From contig CAWFJP010000014.1 in NCBI GenBank assembly GCA_963816145.1, positions 640,001 through 704,000 on the forward strand: a stretch of 64,000 bases of DNA. Direction: 5' to 3'. Numbering within the stretch: the first letter of the stretch is position 1; each line of letters starts with the position of its first letter. Below, piece after piece: positions 42,002-51,968 of this stretch. The stretch is from an uncultured delta proteobacterium. Its GTDB lineage: Bacteria > Desulfobacterota > Binatia > UBA9968. The translations under genes were made by a program, and so were the position numbers. The notes under the pieces are model-generated. The model saw nothing but the letters and a program-made list of their open reading frames with translations. It had not been told where the DNA came from and ran no database searches.

Positions 42002-43020
42002 TTTGCCGTTTAGGCTTTTATCCGCGTACGATCTGCCGAGAGACTCGACCACGAGCCACGCTAGAGATAAAGCTTGATCGGCGTCGGTTATCAGGCGATG
42101 TCCTCCACCCGCATTGTACAGGTTTTATCGTGAATGCGACCGTAGAGAGATCGGGCAAGCGCAATGAGAGTTGGGCGCATTGAGGATGTAACGCAACAAT
42201 CCTTCCCATTGGCAATATCGCTGACACCGCACTGCGGGACATTGGGATTCTTCGCGATGATCTCCCGGTCGAAGCTCGGCTCATCCATCACCTAAATCAG
42301 GGCGCCAGTCTTGGTTTCATGCGCTTTGTCATGAATCACTTTTTGTTTTTGCGCCGGGCTTGGCTACCTCTATTAGCCTAACCACCCGCGGGGGTGCCAA
42401 GTCAAACCGAAACCGTTTCGGTCTTTGCTGGAATTCATGGGCAAGGTGCCGGATCATTCGGGACGGAGCCGTGATAACTAAAAACGTACTTTCATCTGAA
42501 ATGTTCACCACTTCAATTGCTTCCATGGGTTATCTACTTTTTGCTGGACTGGGTGTAACCAAACTCGATACCGCGCGGCGCGTGCTGGTCGGAAGCTAAG
42601 ACGAGTCAAGAAACTAAAGTTGTTTTTGATGTTGCCGCTTCTGCGCAAGTGTACGCACGGCGACAAAACCTAGTCGAAGAAGCGATTGGCTGCGCGCATG
42701 AGATAAGGAGTTATGCGCTGCGGCAGTTAGGGTAGATGTTGAAGGTGTCAGAGCGGCAAGAAGGCGGCAGACAGCCGCACTTTCACTAATGTGAACCTGG
42801 ATTCCCATACCCTGATGAAAATTACGCTGTTTGCTGGAGTAGGGAGAAACCCGTTCCACTGTGGATCAGGTTTCTAAAGCCAAACTTGCCGAGAAAAGGA
42901 CTTTGTCGATTCGTTCAGTTTGGGATATCTGCCCCGACCGATCATTCAAAATTGTCAAAGATGTTTGGTCTTTCGACCCTGGTAGAGTCGTAACACCGTA
43001 AAATTTAAAGTTGAATGGTA

Positions 43021-43036
43021 TGGCACGCTCTCTGCT
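43021..43036 (+). promoter_or_regulatory. Putative sigma-54 promoter for the Flp pilin
   Basis: TGGCACGCTCTCTGCT with correct GG-N10-GC spacing, 68 nt before the ATG. Confidence 0.7.
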
Positions 43037-43104
43037 TAGGTCGAGTGTCAGTGTTTACAAGCAAATTATGGGAAAGAGTTTTTAAGAAAGGGGGTGAACC
43101 TCTG

Positions 43105-43299
43105 ATGGAGCTACTGAAGCGTTTGTTGGTTGAGGAGGATGGTCAAGGTCTCGTTGAATATACCTTGATCGTCGTGTTGGTGGCGCTAGTTTTTTGGGTC
43201 GCGATAAAAAATACTGACATCGGTAACGGGTTGGCGAGTGGGTGGAGCAAGGTTACGGCCTGCGTTGGCACGCCGGAAAGCTGCACTTCGTCATCCTAG
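43105..43299 (+). CDS. flp: Flp/Fap (Tad, type IV) pilin
   Basis: EEDG|QGLVEYTLI prepilin cleavage and Flp motif, then hydrophobic helix; RBS ggggtga. Confidence 0.9.
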   Translation: MELLKRLLVEEDGQGLVEYTLIVVLVALVFWVAIKNTDIGNGLASGWSKVTACVGTPESCTSSS

Positions 43300-43834
43300 T
43301 TTCGCAATTAATGCGCATTGATGGCAAGGGTAAATCCTTGCTGTCAATGCGCATCGCCATTGTACAGATGACGCGATTTCTGGTCGGGAAAGAACAGAGT
43401 TTATCTCTACCCTGGCTCGTGAGCTGATCGCAACGCTACCGCGCAGTCTTCGAATATTCGGTCCCGCCAGGCGCGAAGTGGATGCTGTCGCGTTGCAGGA
43501 CAGGATCGGCGCAGGCCGCCAGTTCGCGCTCGCATCTCTTAGAGCGAGTGACGGCTTCGTTCAGCCAGGACCGTTTACCCACATAGATATCGGACATGTT
43601 CGGTCTCCTTCGGTGCCCGTGTTTGGGATAGCGTCGCAATCGCAGGATTTCCACACCCGGCGCATCAAGGTCAATCGCTCTGAATAACCCTAGCTATTCA
43701 CGCCCTCGCCCGCCGCGCGCCTACTCGAAGGAGCGTTATCAAACTAAGTGCAGCGCCGTCTTCGAGCATGTCTACGAAAGCTACAAGGGCTAGGGGAAGA
43801 GCGTCTATGCCGGAAGCGCGTGACTTCAGTTCCT

Positions 43835-44053
43835 TTACACAATCCGATAAGCCAGCATGGCATCGACCACTTTGACAAACCCGCCGATGTTGGCACCTTA
43901 GACATAGTCGACCTTGCCGTTGGCTGCGCCGCCGTGTTTTTGGCATTTTCCGTGGATCTCTTTCGTGATTTTCTTCAGCCTCTCGTCGATTTCTTCGCGG
44001 GACTAGCTTAAGCGCTGAGAGTTTTGACTTTGCTTCAAGCCGGAGACCGCGAC
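43835..44053 (-). pseudogene. gdhA: C-terminal relic of NADP-glutamate dehydrogenase
   Basis: Minus strand reads VAVSGLKQSQNSQRLS*SREEIDERLKKI...VDYV*GANIGGFVKVVDAMLAYRIV*, with two in-frame stops. Confidence 0.85.
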
Positions 44054-44187
44054 AAAACATAGCAGATCGGTCTGCGCGGCCCAGCAAAGCGCTTCGAATT
44101 TGTCCATCGGCTGATCGAGCATTGCCTTTAAATGCAACCACCGATATGGCATAGAGAGCATCGGTCGCGACAAGGAGGAAGAGGATC

Positions 44188-45078
44188 ATGCCATTTCAAA
44201 GAGTCGGTATCATGAGCATCGGCGAGATGGGCTTTCATTGGGCCAAGCTGCTCAAGAGCCATGGGGTCGAAGTGTTAACCTATGACAAAGACCGCGGCGA
44301 GGTCAGCCGCAAGCGCGCCGAGAACGCCGGTGTCACATCGGTGCGATCAATGAACGCTCTGGTGCGGGAAGCCGAACTGATCGTTTCCATCGTCGTGCCG
44401 TCGGCGGCCAAGAAGGTCGCCGGCAAAGTGGCCAAGGCGGCGCTCAAGACTGGCAGAAAAGATTTGTTGTACTGCGATGCCAACGCGATCTCGCCGATGA
44501 CCGCCGCCGCCATCGCCAGCGTGCTTGCGCCGGCGGGGGTGAACTTTGTCGACGGCTGCATTATTGGTTCCGCGGCAAAGATGGGGAAGGGGACGATCGT
44601 CTATCTTTCCGGGCCGCAAGCTGAGCGGCTGCGCGGGCTTGAAGCGTTCAACATTCCATTAAAGCTGCTGGGCGCTAGTACCAATCAGGCTTCTGCGTTC
44701 AAAGTCATCTACGCCGGGCTCACCAAGGGGTTTCAGGGGTTGTTTTGCGAGCTGCTCATGGGCGCGCGGAAGTTTGGTTTGTTAAACGAGATTCGCGCCC
44801 AGTACGAAGAGAGCTTTCCGGGTTTGCTCGATAAGGTTTCTTCGAGCATCGTCGGCCTGCAAATTCACGCCGGCCGGCGCGCCGAGGAGATGGACGAATT
44901 GAAACGCACCTTCAATTCCCAGGGTCTCGATTCCTTCATGGCGCCGGCGGCGCAAAAAGTTTTGCGCGCGATTGCCGCGTTGAACTTGGGCCAAGCTTCC
45001 GAGAGCGGCGCGCGCCACGGCGAGCTGGCCGATACTCTGGAATTGTTTTACGAAAAGGGGCTTTTGCGGCGTAATTAG
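44188..45078 (+). CDS. NAD(P)-dependent oxidoreductase, beta-hydroxyacid dehydrogenase/DUF1932-like
   Basis: VGIMSIGEMG, DANAISP, FVDGCIIG, ASAFKVIYAGLTKG, HAGRRAEEM. Confidence 0.85.
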   Translation: MPFQRVGIMSIGEMGFHWAKLLKSHGVEVLTYDKDRGEVSRKRAENAGVTSVRSMNALVREAELIVSIVVPSAAKKVAGKVAKAALKTGRKDLLYCDANAISPMTAAAIASVLAPAGVNFVDGCIIGSAAKMGKGTIVYLSGPQAERLRGLEAFNIPLKLLGASTNQASAFKVIYAGLTKGFQGLFCELLMGARKFGLLNEIRAQYEESFPGLLDKVSSSIVGLQIHAGRRAEEMDELKRTFNSQGLDSFMAPAAQKVLRAIAALNLGQASESGARHGELADTLELFYEKGLLRRN

Positions 45079-45167
45079 CCCGTCAAGAATTCTTAAATCA
45101 GCCCTAGCCAGGCGGCGGGATTCCTGGTATTGAGAGCGAATCAGTAATCTGAGGGAGGAGTCTATTA

Positions 45168-46938
45168 ATGTCCAGAGTAGAAAAGAAACAACCGGAATAC
45201 GGGTCCGATGTCATCGTCGATATGATGAAGGCGCATGATATCGAGTACACCGCGTTCAACCCCGGTGCGACCTTCCGCGGGATCCACGATTCGATCGTCA
45301 ACTATGGCGGCAATTACAAGCCCGAAGTGATCTTCTGCCATCACGAAGAAATCTCGGTGGCCATCGCGCATGGCTACGCCAAGGCGAAGAACAAACCGAT
45401 GATCGCCATCGTCCACAACATGGTCGGTTTGCAGCATGCGAGCATGGCGATTTTCAACGCTTACATCGACCGCGTGCCGATGATGGTGCTCGGCGGCACC
45501 GGACCCGATGGTCACCAAAAGGCGCCGTCCGCGCATCGATTGGATCCACACCGCGCTAGTTCAAGGAAATCAGGTGCGCGACTACACCAAGTGGGACGAT
45601 CAGCCGTATTCCTTGGCTGACGTGCCGGACTCGTTCATTCGCGGCTACCGCATCGCCACCACCGATCCTACCGCGCCGGTGTACATCAACTACGATGCCG
45701 ACATTCAAGAAGACGCGGTCAAGGCGATGGCCGACATGCCGGATGTGAGCCGTCATTCCAAGCCGGCGCCGGCGCAGGCCAATCCTGAAGCGCTGCGGCG
45801 CGCGGCGGAGATGCTCGTCAATGCCAAGACACCGTTGATCGTCGCCGATATGGTCGGGCGCAACCCCAAGGCCGTGCCGATGCTGATCGAGCTAGCGGAA
45901 GCGCTCGCCGCGCCGGTGCTCGACAGGGGCGCCCGCTTCAATTTCCCGGCGGTGCATCCGCTGGATGTGACCGACGGCGCTCGCGAGATTCTCCAGAGGG
46001 CGGATTTCATTTTGGCTCTCGATGTCGGCGACCTGTTTGGCGCCCTGACCACGGTGAGCAAGCAGACCCGTGAAAGCGAATATGTGACCACGCCCGGCGT
46101 CAAGATCGCCAGCATCTCGATGAACGATATGTTGGTTCACTCCTGGGCCAACGACTTCCAGGCGTTGCAGGCGATCGACGTTCCAATGACCGCCGATACT
46201 TCGGTGGCGCTGCCGGAATTAACCCGGCTGTGCCGCGAATTGATCAGCAAAGACAGCGCCAAGAAGGCGACCGTCGAAGCGCGGCAAAAAGAGTTGGCGG
46301 ATAAGCATAAGAGCCGCCGGGCAAAATGGCTGGCCGACGCGCAAGCGAAGGGCTCACAGAAAGATATTTCCACCGCCTGGTTGGCGCTGGAGATCGGCGA
46401 AGCGATCAAGCGCGAAGATTGGGTGTGCGTCAACGGCACATCGAACGGCTGGACGCGCCGGCTGTGGGACTTCAGCAAGCCCAATCAGTCCCTCGGCGGC
46501 AGCGGCGGCGCCGGTCTCGGCTACGGCCCGGGCGCGTCGATCGGCGCAGCGTTGGCGCTTAAAGGCAGCGGCAAGCTCGCGGTGGCGATCCAGTCCGACG
46601 GCGACATGCTGATGACTTCGAGCGCGGTTTGGACCGCGGCCAAGCACCGCATTCCGCTGCTCATGGTCATGCACAACAACCAGTCCTACTATAATTCCGA
46701 AGAGCACGGCATCGAAGTCGCCAAGTTCCGCAAGCGGCCGGTGGAGAACGCGCCGATCGGCACCCATGTCGACGACCCAGAGATCGACTTCGCCATGATG
46801 GCGAAATCCTTCGGCGTCAACAGCGAAGGACCGATCCGCAACCCGGCGGACCTTCGGCCGGCCATCGAGCGCGGCGTCAAGTACGTCAAAGAGAAGCAGC
46901 TGCCGTACCTGGTCGACGTCATCGCCGAACCGCGCTAG
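45168..46938 (+). pseudogene. ThDP-dependent enzyme (benzoylformate decarboxylase/ALS-like) split by a +1 frameshift near 45505; may be a sequencing error
   Basis: N part NPGATFRG, HEE, AHGYAK; C part SDGD...HNN ThDP motif; removing one C from ggacccgatg gives GGTGPMVTKRRRPRIDWIHTA. Confidence 0.8.
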
Positions 46939-46973
46939 AGAAGTTTGAGCCGGGGGAATCCGAGAAAATTCCT

Positions 46974-47053
46974 CACCACGAAGGACACGAAGAGCACGAA
47001 GTTCGGAAAACTAATTTTCTGAAACCTTCGTGTCCTTCGTGATTTTCGTGGTG
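46974..47053. repeat. Inverted array of 9-nt units (CACGAAG core)
   Basis: caccacgaaggacacgaagagcacgaag ... cttcgtgtccttcgtgattttcgtggtg. Confidence 0.85.
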
Positions 47054-47118
47054 GATAAAGATCTTGAGATCTCGCCAGGCGATTCGCGCTCGAGAACAGA
47101 GCCCCAAACAATTGCACA

Positions 47119-47952
47119 TTGGTTACCGATCCCTACCGAGAATTTCGTCAAGCCGTCGAGCGGCCGGAAGAAAGCATCGATCTCGGCCGCGCCGCGCTGG
47201 CCATCGCGCTCGCCGATTATCCCGATCTCGACATCGCCGGTTATCTCCGGCGCATCGACGAACTGGCCGTCGCGGTCAGCCAGCGCTCGGGCGCCGACGG
47301 CGATGTTTATCGCTCGATCGCCGCGCTTAATTACGTCCTGTTCAAGGAGCAGGGCTTCCGCGGCAATCGCGACGATTACTACGATCCCAAGAATAGCTTC
47401 TTGAATGAGGTCATTGAGCGCAAGCGCGGCCTGCCGATCACGCTGTCGATTCTCTACATGGAAGTGGGGCAGCGCATTGGTCTCGCCATCGAAGGCGTCG
47501 GTTTCCCCGGTCATTTTCTGGTCAAGACCAAGTCCGCGGGTGATGAGATTGTCATCGATCCGTTCAATGGCGGCGATGTCAAGTCCTTTGAAGAGTTGCA
47601 GGCCATGCTCGATCAAATCTACGGCGGCAAAGTGCGCCTCGATCGAGACCTCCTCACCGCACTGCCGAAAAAACAGATCCTCAAGCGCATGCTCGGCAAT
47701 CTGAAGGCGATCTATGGGCGGCGCGACGAGCTGGTCAAGATGCTGGCCGTGCTCGACCGTCTGATTATTCTCGATCCCGGCTCGGTGGAGGAAGTACGCG
47801 ACCGCGGCGCGGTCTATCTACGGCTCGAGTGCTACGGGCAGGCGAAGGACGATTTTGAAACTTACTTGCGTTTGGCACCGAATGCCAAAGACGCCGCGGC
47901 AATTCGCGAGCAGTTGGTCGAACTAGCGAAGCGCGCCGTTCTGATTCACTGA
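47119..47952 (+). CDS. SirB1/YchA-like transglutaminase-fold + TPR protein
   Basis: GFRGN..DYYDPKNSFL, GLPITLS, FPGHF, IDPF, RML.NLK, RDRG. Confidence 0.9.
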   Translation: MVTDPYREFRQAVERPEESIDLGRAALAIALADYPDLDIAGYLRRIDELAVAVSQRSGADGDVYRSIAALNYVLFKEQGFRGNRDDYYDPKNSFLNEVIERKRGLPITLSILYMEVGQRIGLAIEGVGFPGHFLVKTKSAGDEIVIDPFNGGDVKSFEELQAMLDQIYGGKVRLDRDLLTALPKKQILKRMLGNLKAIYGRRDELVKMLAVLDRLIILDPGSVEEVRDRGAVYLRLECYGQAKDDFETYLRLAPNAKDAAAIREQLVELAKRAVLIH

Positions 47953-47992
47953 TTCGCCAGGCACGCTGACAATTTCGATGCGCCAGTGTTGG

Positions 47993-50203
47993 TTACGCTC
48001 CTAAGTTCGAAAACTCTTTGAAGGTAGCAGCGAAGGAGCGGGTCAGAAACAAGTCGTGTAACACCGCGCGGGTTAACTGCAAAGGTCGTATTGCCCAGAG
48101 CTTGTGGGCCTTGAGATTTGCTACGCTCTCGCTCCAAATACGCTGGAGCTCCTGGCGCGAATAGACCACCCGGTCGTTGATGGCGTCGTACTTCATCAGC
48201 CTGAGTTGCGCCTTCGATGGCAGTGAGTCGCGCACCCGCTGATAGGCGTCTTGCCACTCGTTTATGCGATCGCTGATGCGGATGTTGGTCTGAATCTGCT
48301 GCATCTCCTCGAGCCATTTGCGCGTGGTCTCCGATTCGACCAGCCGAAGCTCCTGGATGTTTTGGCGCAGTTGCTCCCATTGCTTTAAAAAGCGATTGAG
48401 ATCGCGCCGGCTGTAGAGGATCCGCGACGATAGGTCGTCGAGCGGGGCGAGGAGCGTTCTTACGCGGTCCGGCAAGACATCCTTGGCATTGTTGTAAAGG
48501 CTCTGGATCTCGCCGATGCGCAGGACGTTCCAGATGTCGGATTGGACTTTTTCAATCTGGCCGAGCCAGCGCTCTTCGGTCTCGCTTTTCTTACGGGTCT
48601 GCAGCCAGACCTCTTCCATCTCCTTGACGAACTTCGCCCAGGTGATCAAGAGCGCAGTGATTTCTTTGCCGCGCTTCCACAGATGCACGGGAAGCGAGTC
48701 GACGGCGTAACCGGGCCGGCGGACTTTTCGATCCTTCAAGCGGAAGAAGCCGGCGACCATGGGGTGCTGCTTCTCGATCAAGGCGGCGTTCTTGTACCAG
48801 AAAAAGATCGACATTAGATTCCAATAGTTCTTTGGATGATTGGTCCACTTGGACAACGACTTGATCATGTTCTCTTTGCTGTAGAACGTCTGCCAAGCGG
48901 CCTCATAGGCCTCGGACCATTCTTGCGCCGACATTAGCGGGTGGGCGATGGTGGCGTGAAATGAGTCGCGTTTGTTGAAGTCTGGGTCCATCCAGTCGCC
49001 GCGTTTTTTCATTTCACGATGGTCATGGGAGCCGGGCAGCGGCGTCAGCATGAAGAATGACGCTTGATCTGGCTCCACCACGTCCTTGAGAAAACGCATG
49101 TCTTCGGCGACTTGCTCCTTGCTGTCCCATGGCAGGCCGATGATGTAGCCGGTATGGACGAGCACGCCGGCGTCGTGCCATTCCTTAATGATGGCGCGGT
49201 ATTCGTCGACCTTGTTTTGCTTCTTGCCTTCGGCGGCCAAGTTCTGCGGGTTGACGCTTTCCATGCCGATGAAGACTTGCGTGCAGCCGGCTTTGGCGGC
49301 CAGGGTGACGAAGTCTTTCGGCTTGCGCGCCAAGTCGACTTGCATCATGAAGGTGATGTCGTGCCCTTCCTCGCGTAGTTTGATGATTTCCTCGAAGGTC
49401 TCGCGCCAGAGTTTCTTGCGCGCGAAATTGTCATCGGTGAAAAAATAGAAGGTGAGGCCGTTCGCCAAATTGCGCCGCATCATCGCCGCGATGCTCTCCG
49501 GGCTGCGCTCGCGCATCTTGCGCCCTTGGACGTTGATGATGGTGCAGAAACTGCACGAGAACGGACAGCCGCGCGAGGTGTCGGCGGTGGCGAAGCTCGG
49601 GTAGGCGAAGTGGCGCATGGTTTTCGCGCTGGTGCGCGGCAACGGCGCCTCGCCGATGTCGACCAAATTTTGCAAATCCTGGGCGAAGCTGTAGAGCGGC
49701 TTTAACTGGCCGCGAAGGAAGTCGGCCAGGATGGTTTCCCATCTGCCTTCGACTTCGCCGGACACGACGCAAATACCCTCTCGATAAAGCGCCTGGATCT
49801 CCGGCTCCTGGTCGCTCAGCATATTGATCGTGCCGCTGGTGTGAAAGCCGCCAATGATGACGGAGATCCCTGCGGCGCGAAACTGGCGCGACATATCGAC
49901 GGCGCGGGGAAATTGATTGGTTTGTACGCCGACCATGCACACCAACAACGTGGTGCCGGGTTCTTTGCTCCAGCGGATGATTTTGCCCACCGGTACCTTT
50001 TCGGCGGTTTCATCGAAGGTGGTCACTTCAATGTTGAGCTTGCCGAATACGCGCCGTTCTTTGAGATCTTCGGTCAAGCCATGCAGGACGTTGAGCGTAT
50101 TGCTCGGCAGTACGCCTTTCCAAAATCGAATCAGATAGCCGTCGTCGTCATACTTGGAAGGCTTGATCAAAATGATCTGAAATTTTTCGATTTGTTGCAG
50201 CAT
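47993..50203 (-). CDS. Cobalamin-binding (class B-like) radical SAM protein with long helical C-terminal extension
   Basis: RBS ggaggtga; IIGGFH, GEVE, SRGCPFSCSFC, FTDDNF, FIGMES, TPLPGS. Confidence 0.9.
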   Translation of the reverse strand: MLQQIEKFQIILIKPSKYDDDGYLIRFWKGVLPSNTLNVLHGLTEDLKERRVFGKLNIEVTTFDETAEKVPVGKIIRWSKEPGTTLLVCMVGVQTNQFPRAVDMSRQFRAAGISVIIGGFHTSGTINMLSDQEPEIQALYREGICVVSGEVEGRWETILADFLRGQLKPLYSFAQDLQNLVDIGEAPLPRTSAKTMRHFAYPSFATADTSRGCPFSCSFCTIINVQGRKMRERSPESIAAMMRRNLANGLTFYFFTDDNFARKKLWRETFEEIIKLREEGHDITFMMQVDLARKPKDFVTLAAKAGCTQVFIGMESVNPQNLAAEGKKQNKVDEYRAIIKEWHDAGVLVHTGYIIGLPWDSKEQVAEDMRFLKDVVEPDQASFFMLTPLPGSHDHREMKKRGDWMDPDFNKRDSFHATIAHPLMSAQEWSEAYEAAWQTFYSKENMIKSLSKWTNHPKNYWNLMSIFFWYKNAALIEKQHPMVAGFFRLKDRKVRRPGYAVDSLPVHLWKRGKEITALLITWAKFVKEMEEVWLQTRKKSETEERWLGQIEKVQSDIWNVLRIGEIQSLYNNAKDVLPDRVRTLLAPLDDLSSRILYSRRDLNRFLKQWEQLRQNIQELRLVESETTRKWLEEMQQIQTNIRISDRINEWQDAYQRVRDSLPSKAQLRLMKYDAINDRVVYSRQELQRIWSESVANLKAHKLWAIRPLQLTRAVLHDLFLTRSFAATFKEFSNLGA

Positions 50204-50361
50204 CGGACTGGTCACCTCCCGAATGCTTGTAAGTGATGGGCGCATCTTTTATAGATGAACGAGGAGTGAGGAATTTTCGCGAATGTAACAACCGGGGTTG
50301 TCCCTGTCAAGGAGAAATTCCCCTTTAATCATGACCTCTCCGGCGGTATTTTCTCATCGGA

Positions 50362-51051
50362 ATGATCCAATTCCAGCATGTTGAGAAGCGCTACGCGCCC
50401 GCGATACGCGCCCTCAACGACATCAACCTAGAGATTGACACAGGCGAGTTGGTTTTGCTGAGCGGCGCCAACGGCGCCGGCAAATCGACTTTGCTTAAGC
50501 TCATCTACCGTGAAGAAGAGCCGAGTTCGGGGAATGTCCTGTTCGAAGGGCAGAATCTCAAGTCGTTCGATAGCCGCGCCGTGGCCGGGCTACGGCGCAG
50601 AGTGGGGCTGGTTTTTCAAGAGTTCAAGCTGCTGGCGAACTTGAGCGCGATGGAAAATATTGCGCTGGCGGCGGAAGTAGCCGGCGTGACCAAGAACGCC
50701 GCTCGTGGTCGAGCCCTTCAGCTGTTGCGCGATCTCGGTTTGGCATCGCGTCGCGATGCCAAACCGGATTCTTTGTCCGGTGGCGAACAGCAGCGGATCG
50801 CCATCGCGCGCGCGCTAGTGAACCGACCGATTCTTATACTAGCTGATGAACCCACCGGCAATCTCGATGATGTCGCCGCGCGCGAGACGTTGCGGCTGTT
50901 CAAAGATGTTCAACAAAACGACACCACCATCGTAGTTGCCAGCCACGCTGTCGATCTTTTCAAGGAGATTGCAACCCGAGTGATACAGCTTGAACAGGGC
51001 AGGATTGTCGCCGATTCGGCCGGCAGCGGAGCGGCAGAGTGGCGAATGTAA
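50362..51051 (+). CDS. ftsE: Cell division ATP-binding protein FtsE
   Basis: [33 protein letters not shown]; upstream of ftsX. Confidence 0.93.
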   Translation: MIQFQHVEKRYAPAIRALNDINLEIDTGELVLLSGANGAGKSTLLKLIYREEEPSSGNVLFEGQNLKSFDSRAVAGLRRRVGLVFQEFKLLANLSAMENIALAAEVAGVTKNAARGRALQLLRDLGLASRRDAKPDSLSGGEQQRIAIARALVNRPILILADEPTGNLDDVAARETLRLFKDVQQNDTTIVVASHAVDLFKEIATRVIQLEQGRIVADSAGSGAAEWRM

Positions 51052-51968
51052 TGGCCGTGATGGGGTTTGTCGCCCGGCGTGCCGGTCATGGGCTCGGGCA
51101 GTTTTTCGGGACCTTTGTCCTGACCGGTTTTACCATCGCGCTAACTCTTGGAGTGTTTGGCGGCTTCTTGTTGCTCCAGTTGAATTTGGCACAACTTTTA
51201 CGCGGCTGGGGCGATCAGATTCAATTGACCGCCTATCTTTCGCCATCTGTTGGCCCGGCTCAGTTGGACGCTTTGCTGGCAAGCCTGAAAAGCTACCCTG
51301 AGGTTGAGCGGGTGCGCCACACCGATCAGGAACAGGCTTGGCGCGATTTCCAGTCCGCTCTTGGCGCGCAAACGGGGTTGCTCGACGGACTGCCGCGAAA
51401 CGTTTTGCCGGCGTCGGTTGCAATTACCCTGCGGCCGGATTTCCGCGATAGCTCTGCGATCGAACAACTGGTCGAGCGTCTAAAGAGACAAAAGGAATTG
51501 ACCCAAATCGATTATCCGCAGCAATGGGTGGAGAAGTTGGCTTTGGTGGTCGCGGCGTTGCAATGGCTCAAATGGTTGGTTGCCGGGGTGCTTTTCCTGG
51601 CGACTTTCTTCATCGTCACGCGCATGGTCAAACTAGCCGTGCTGGCGCGGCGCCAGGAGATCGAGGTGATGCAGTTGGTCGGCGCCACTGAAACCCTAAT
51701 CCAGGCGCCTTTGGCGATCGAAGGCCTGTTCCAAGGACTGCTCGGGTCGGTCGGCGCCCTGGCGATCCTCTGGGGCGTTTACCGCTTGCTGCGCGACGAT
51801 CCAGCAGGGTTGTCCGGTCTCATTCCGGCGCTCAGCCGGATGGAGTTTCTCGATGGGCTAAGCATCGTCTTGATATTGTCCATCGGTGCGACGCTCGGAG
51901 TTTCGGCGAGCTTATTTGCGTTACAGGGGATGGTTCGTTCGTGGAAAGTTTCTCGTCCCGCGCGCTAA
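51039..51968 (+). CDS. ftsX: Cell division permease FtsX
   Basis: Four TM segments; NVLPAS; RRQEIEVMQLVGAT...IEG. Confidence 0.92.
   Translation: MANVMAVMGFVARRAGHGLGQFFGTFVLTGFTIALTLGVFGGFLLLQLNLAQLLRGWGDQIQLTAYLSPSVGPAQLDALLASLKSYPEVERVRHTDQEQAWRDFQSALGAQTGLLDGLPRNVLPASVAITLRPDFRDSSAIEQLVERLKRQKELTQIDYPQQWVEKLALVVAALQWLKWLVAGVLFLATFFIVTRMVKLAVLARRQEIEVMQLVGATETLIQAPLAIEGLFQGLLGSVGALAILWGVYRLLRDDPAGLSGLIPALSRMEFLDGLSIVLILSIGATLGVSASLFALQGMVRSWKVSRPAR

Noticed and set aside
42018-42860. Short ORFs between the A-T gene and the Flp pilin
   Set aside because: No recognisable motifs and several overlap; cannot be supported as genes
46974-47053. Possible mini CRISPR array
   Set aside because: Units are 9 nt, contiguous and inverted; no spacers and no cas genes
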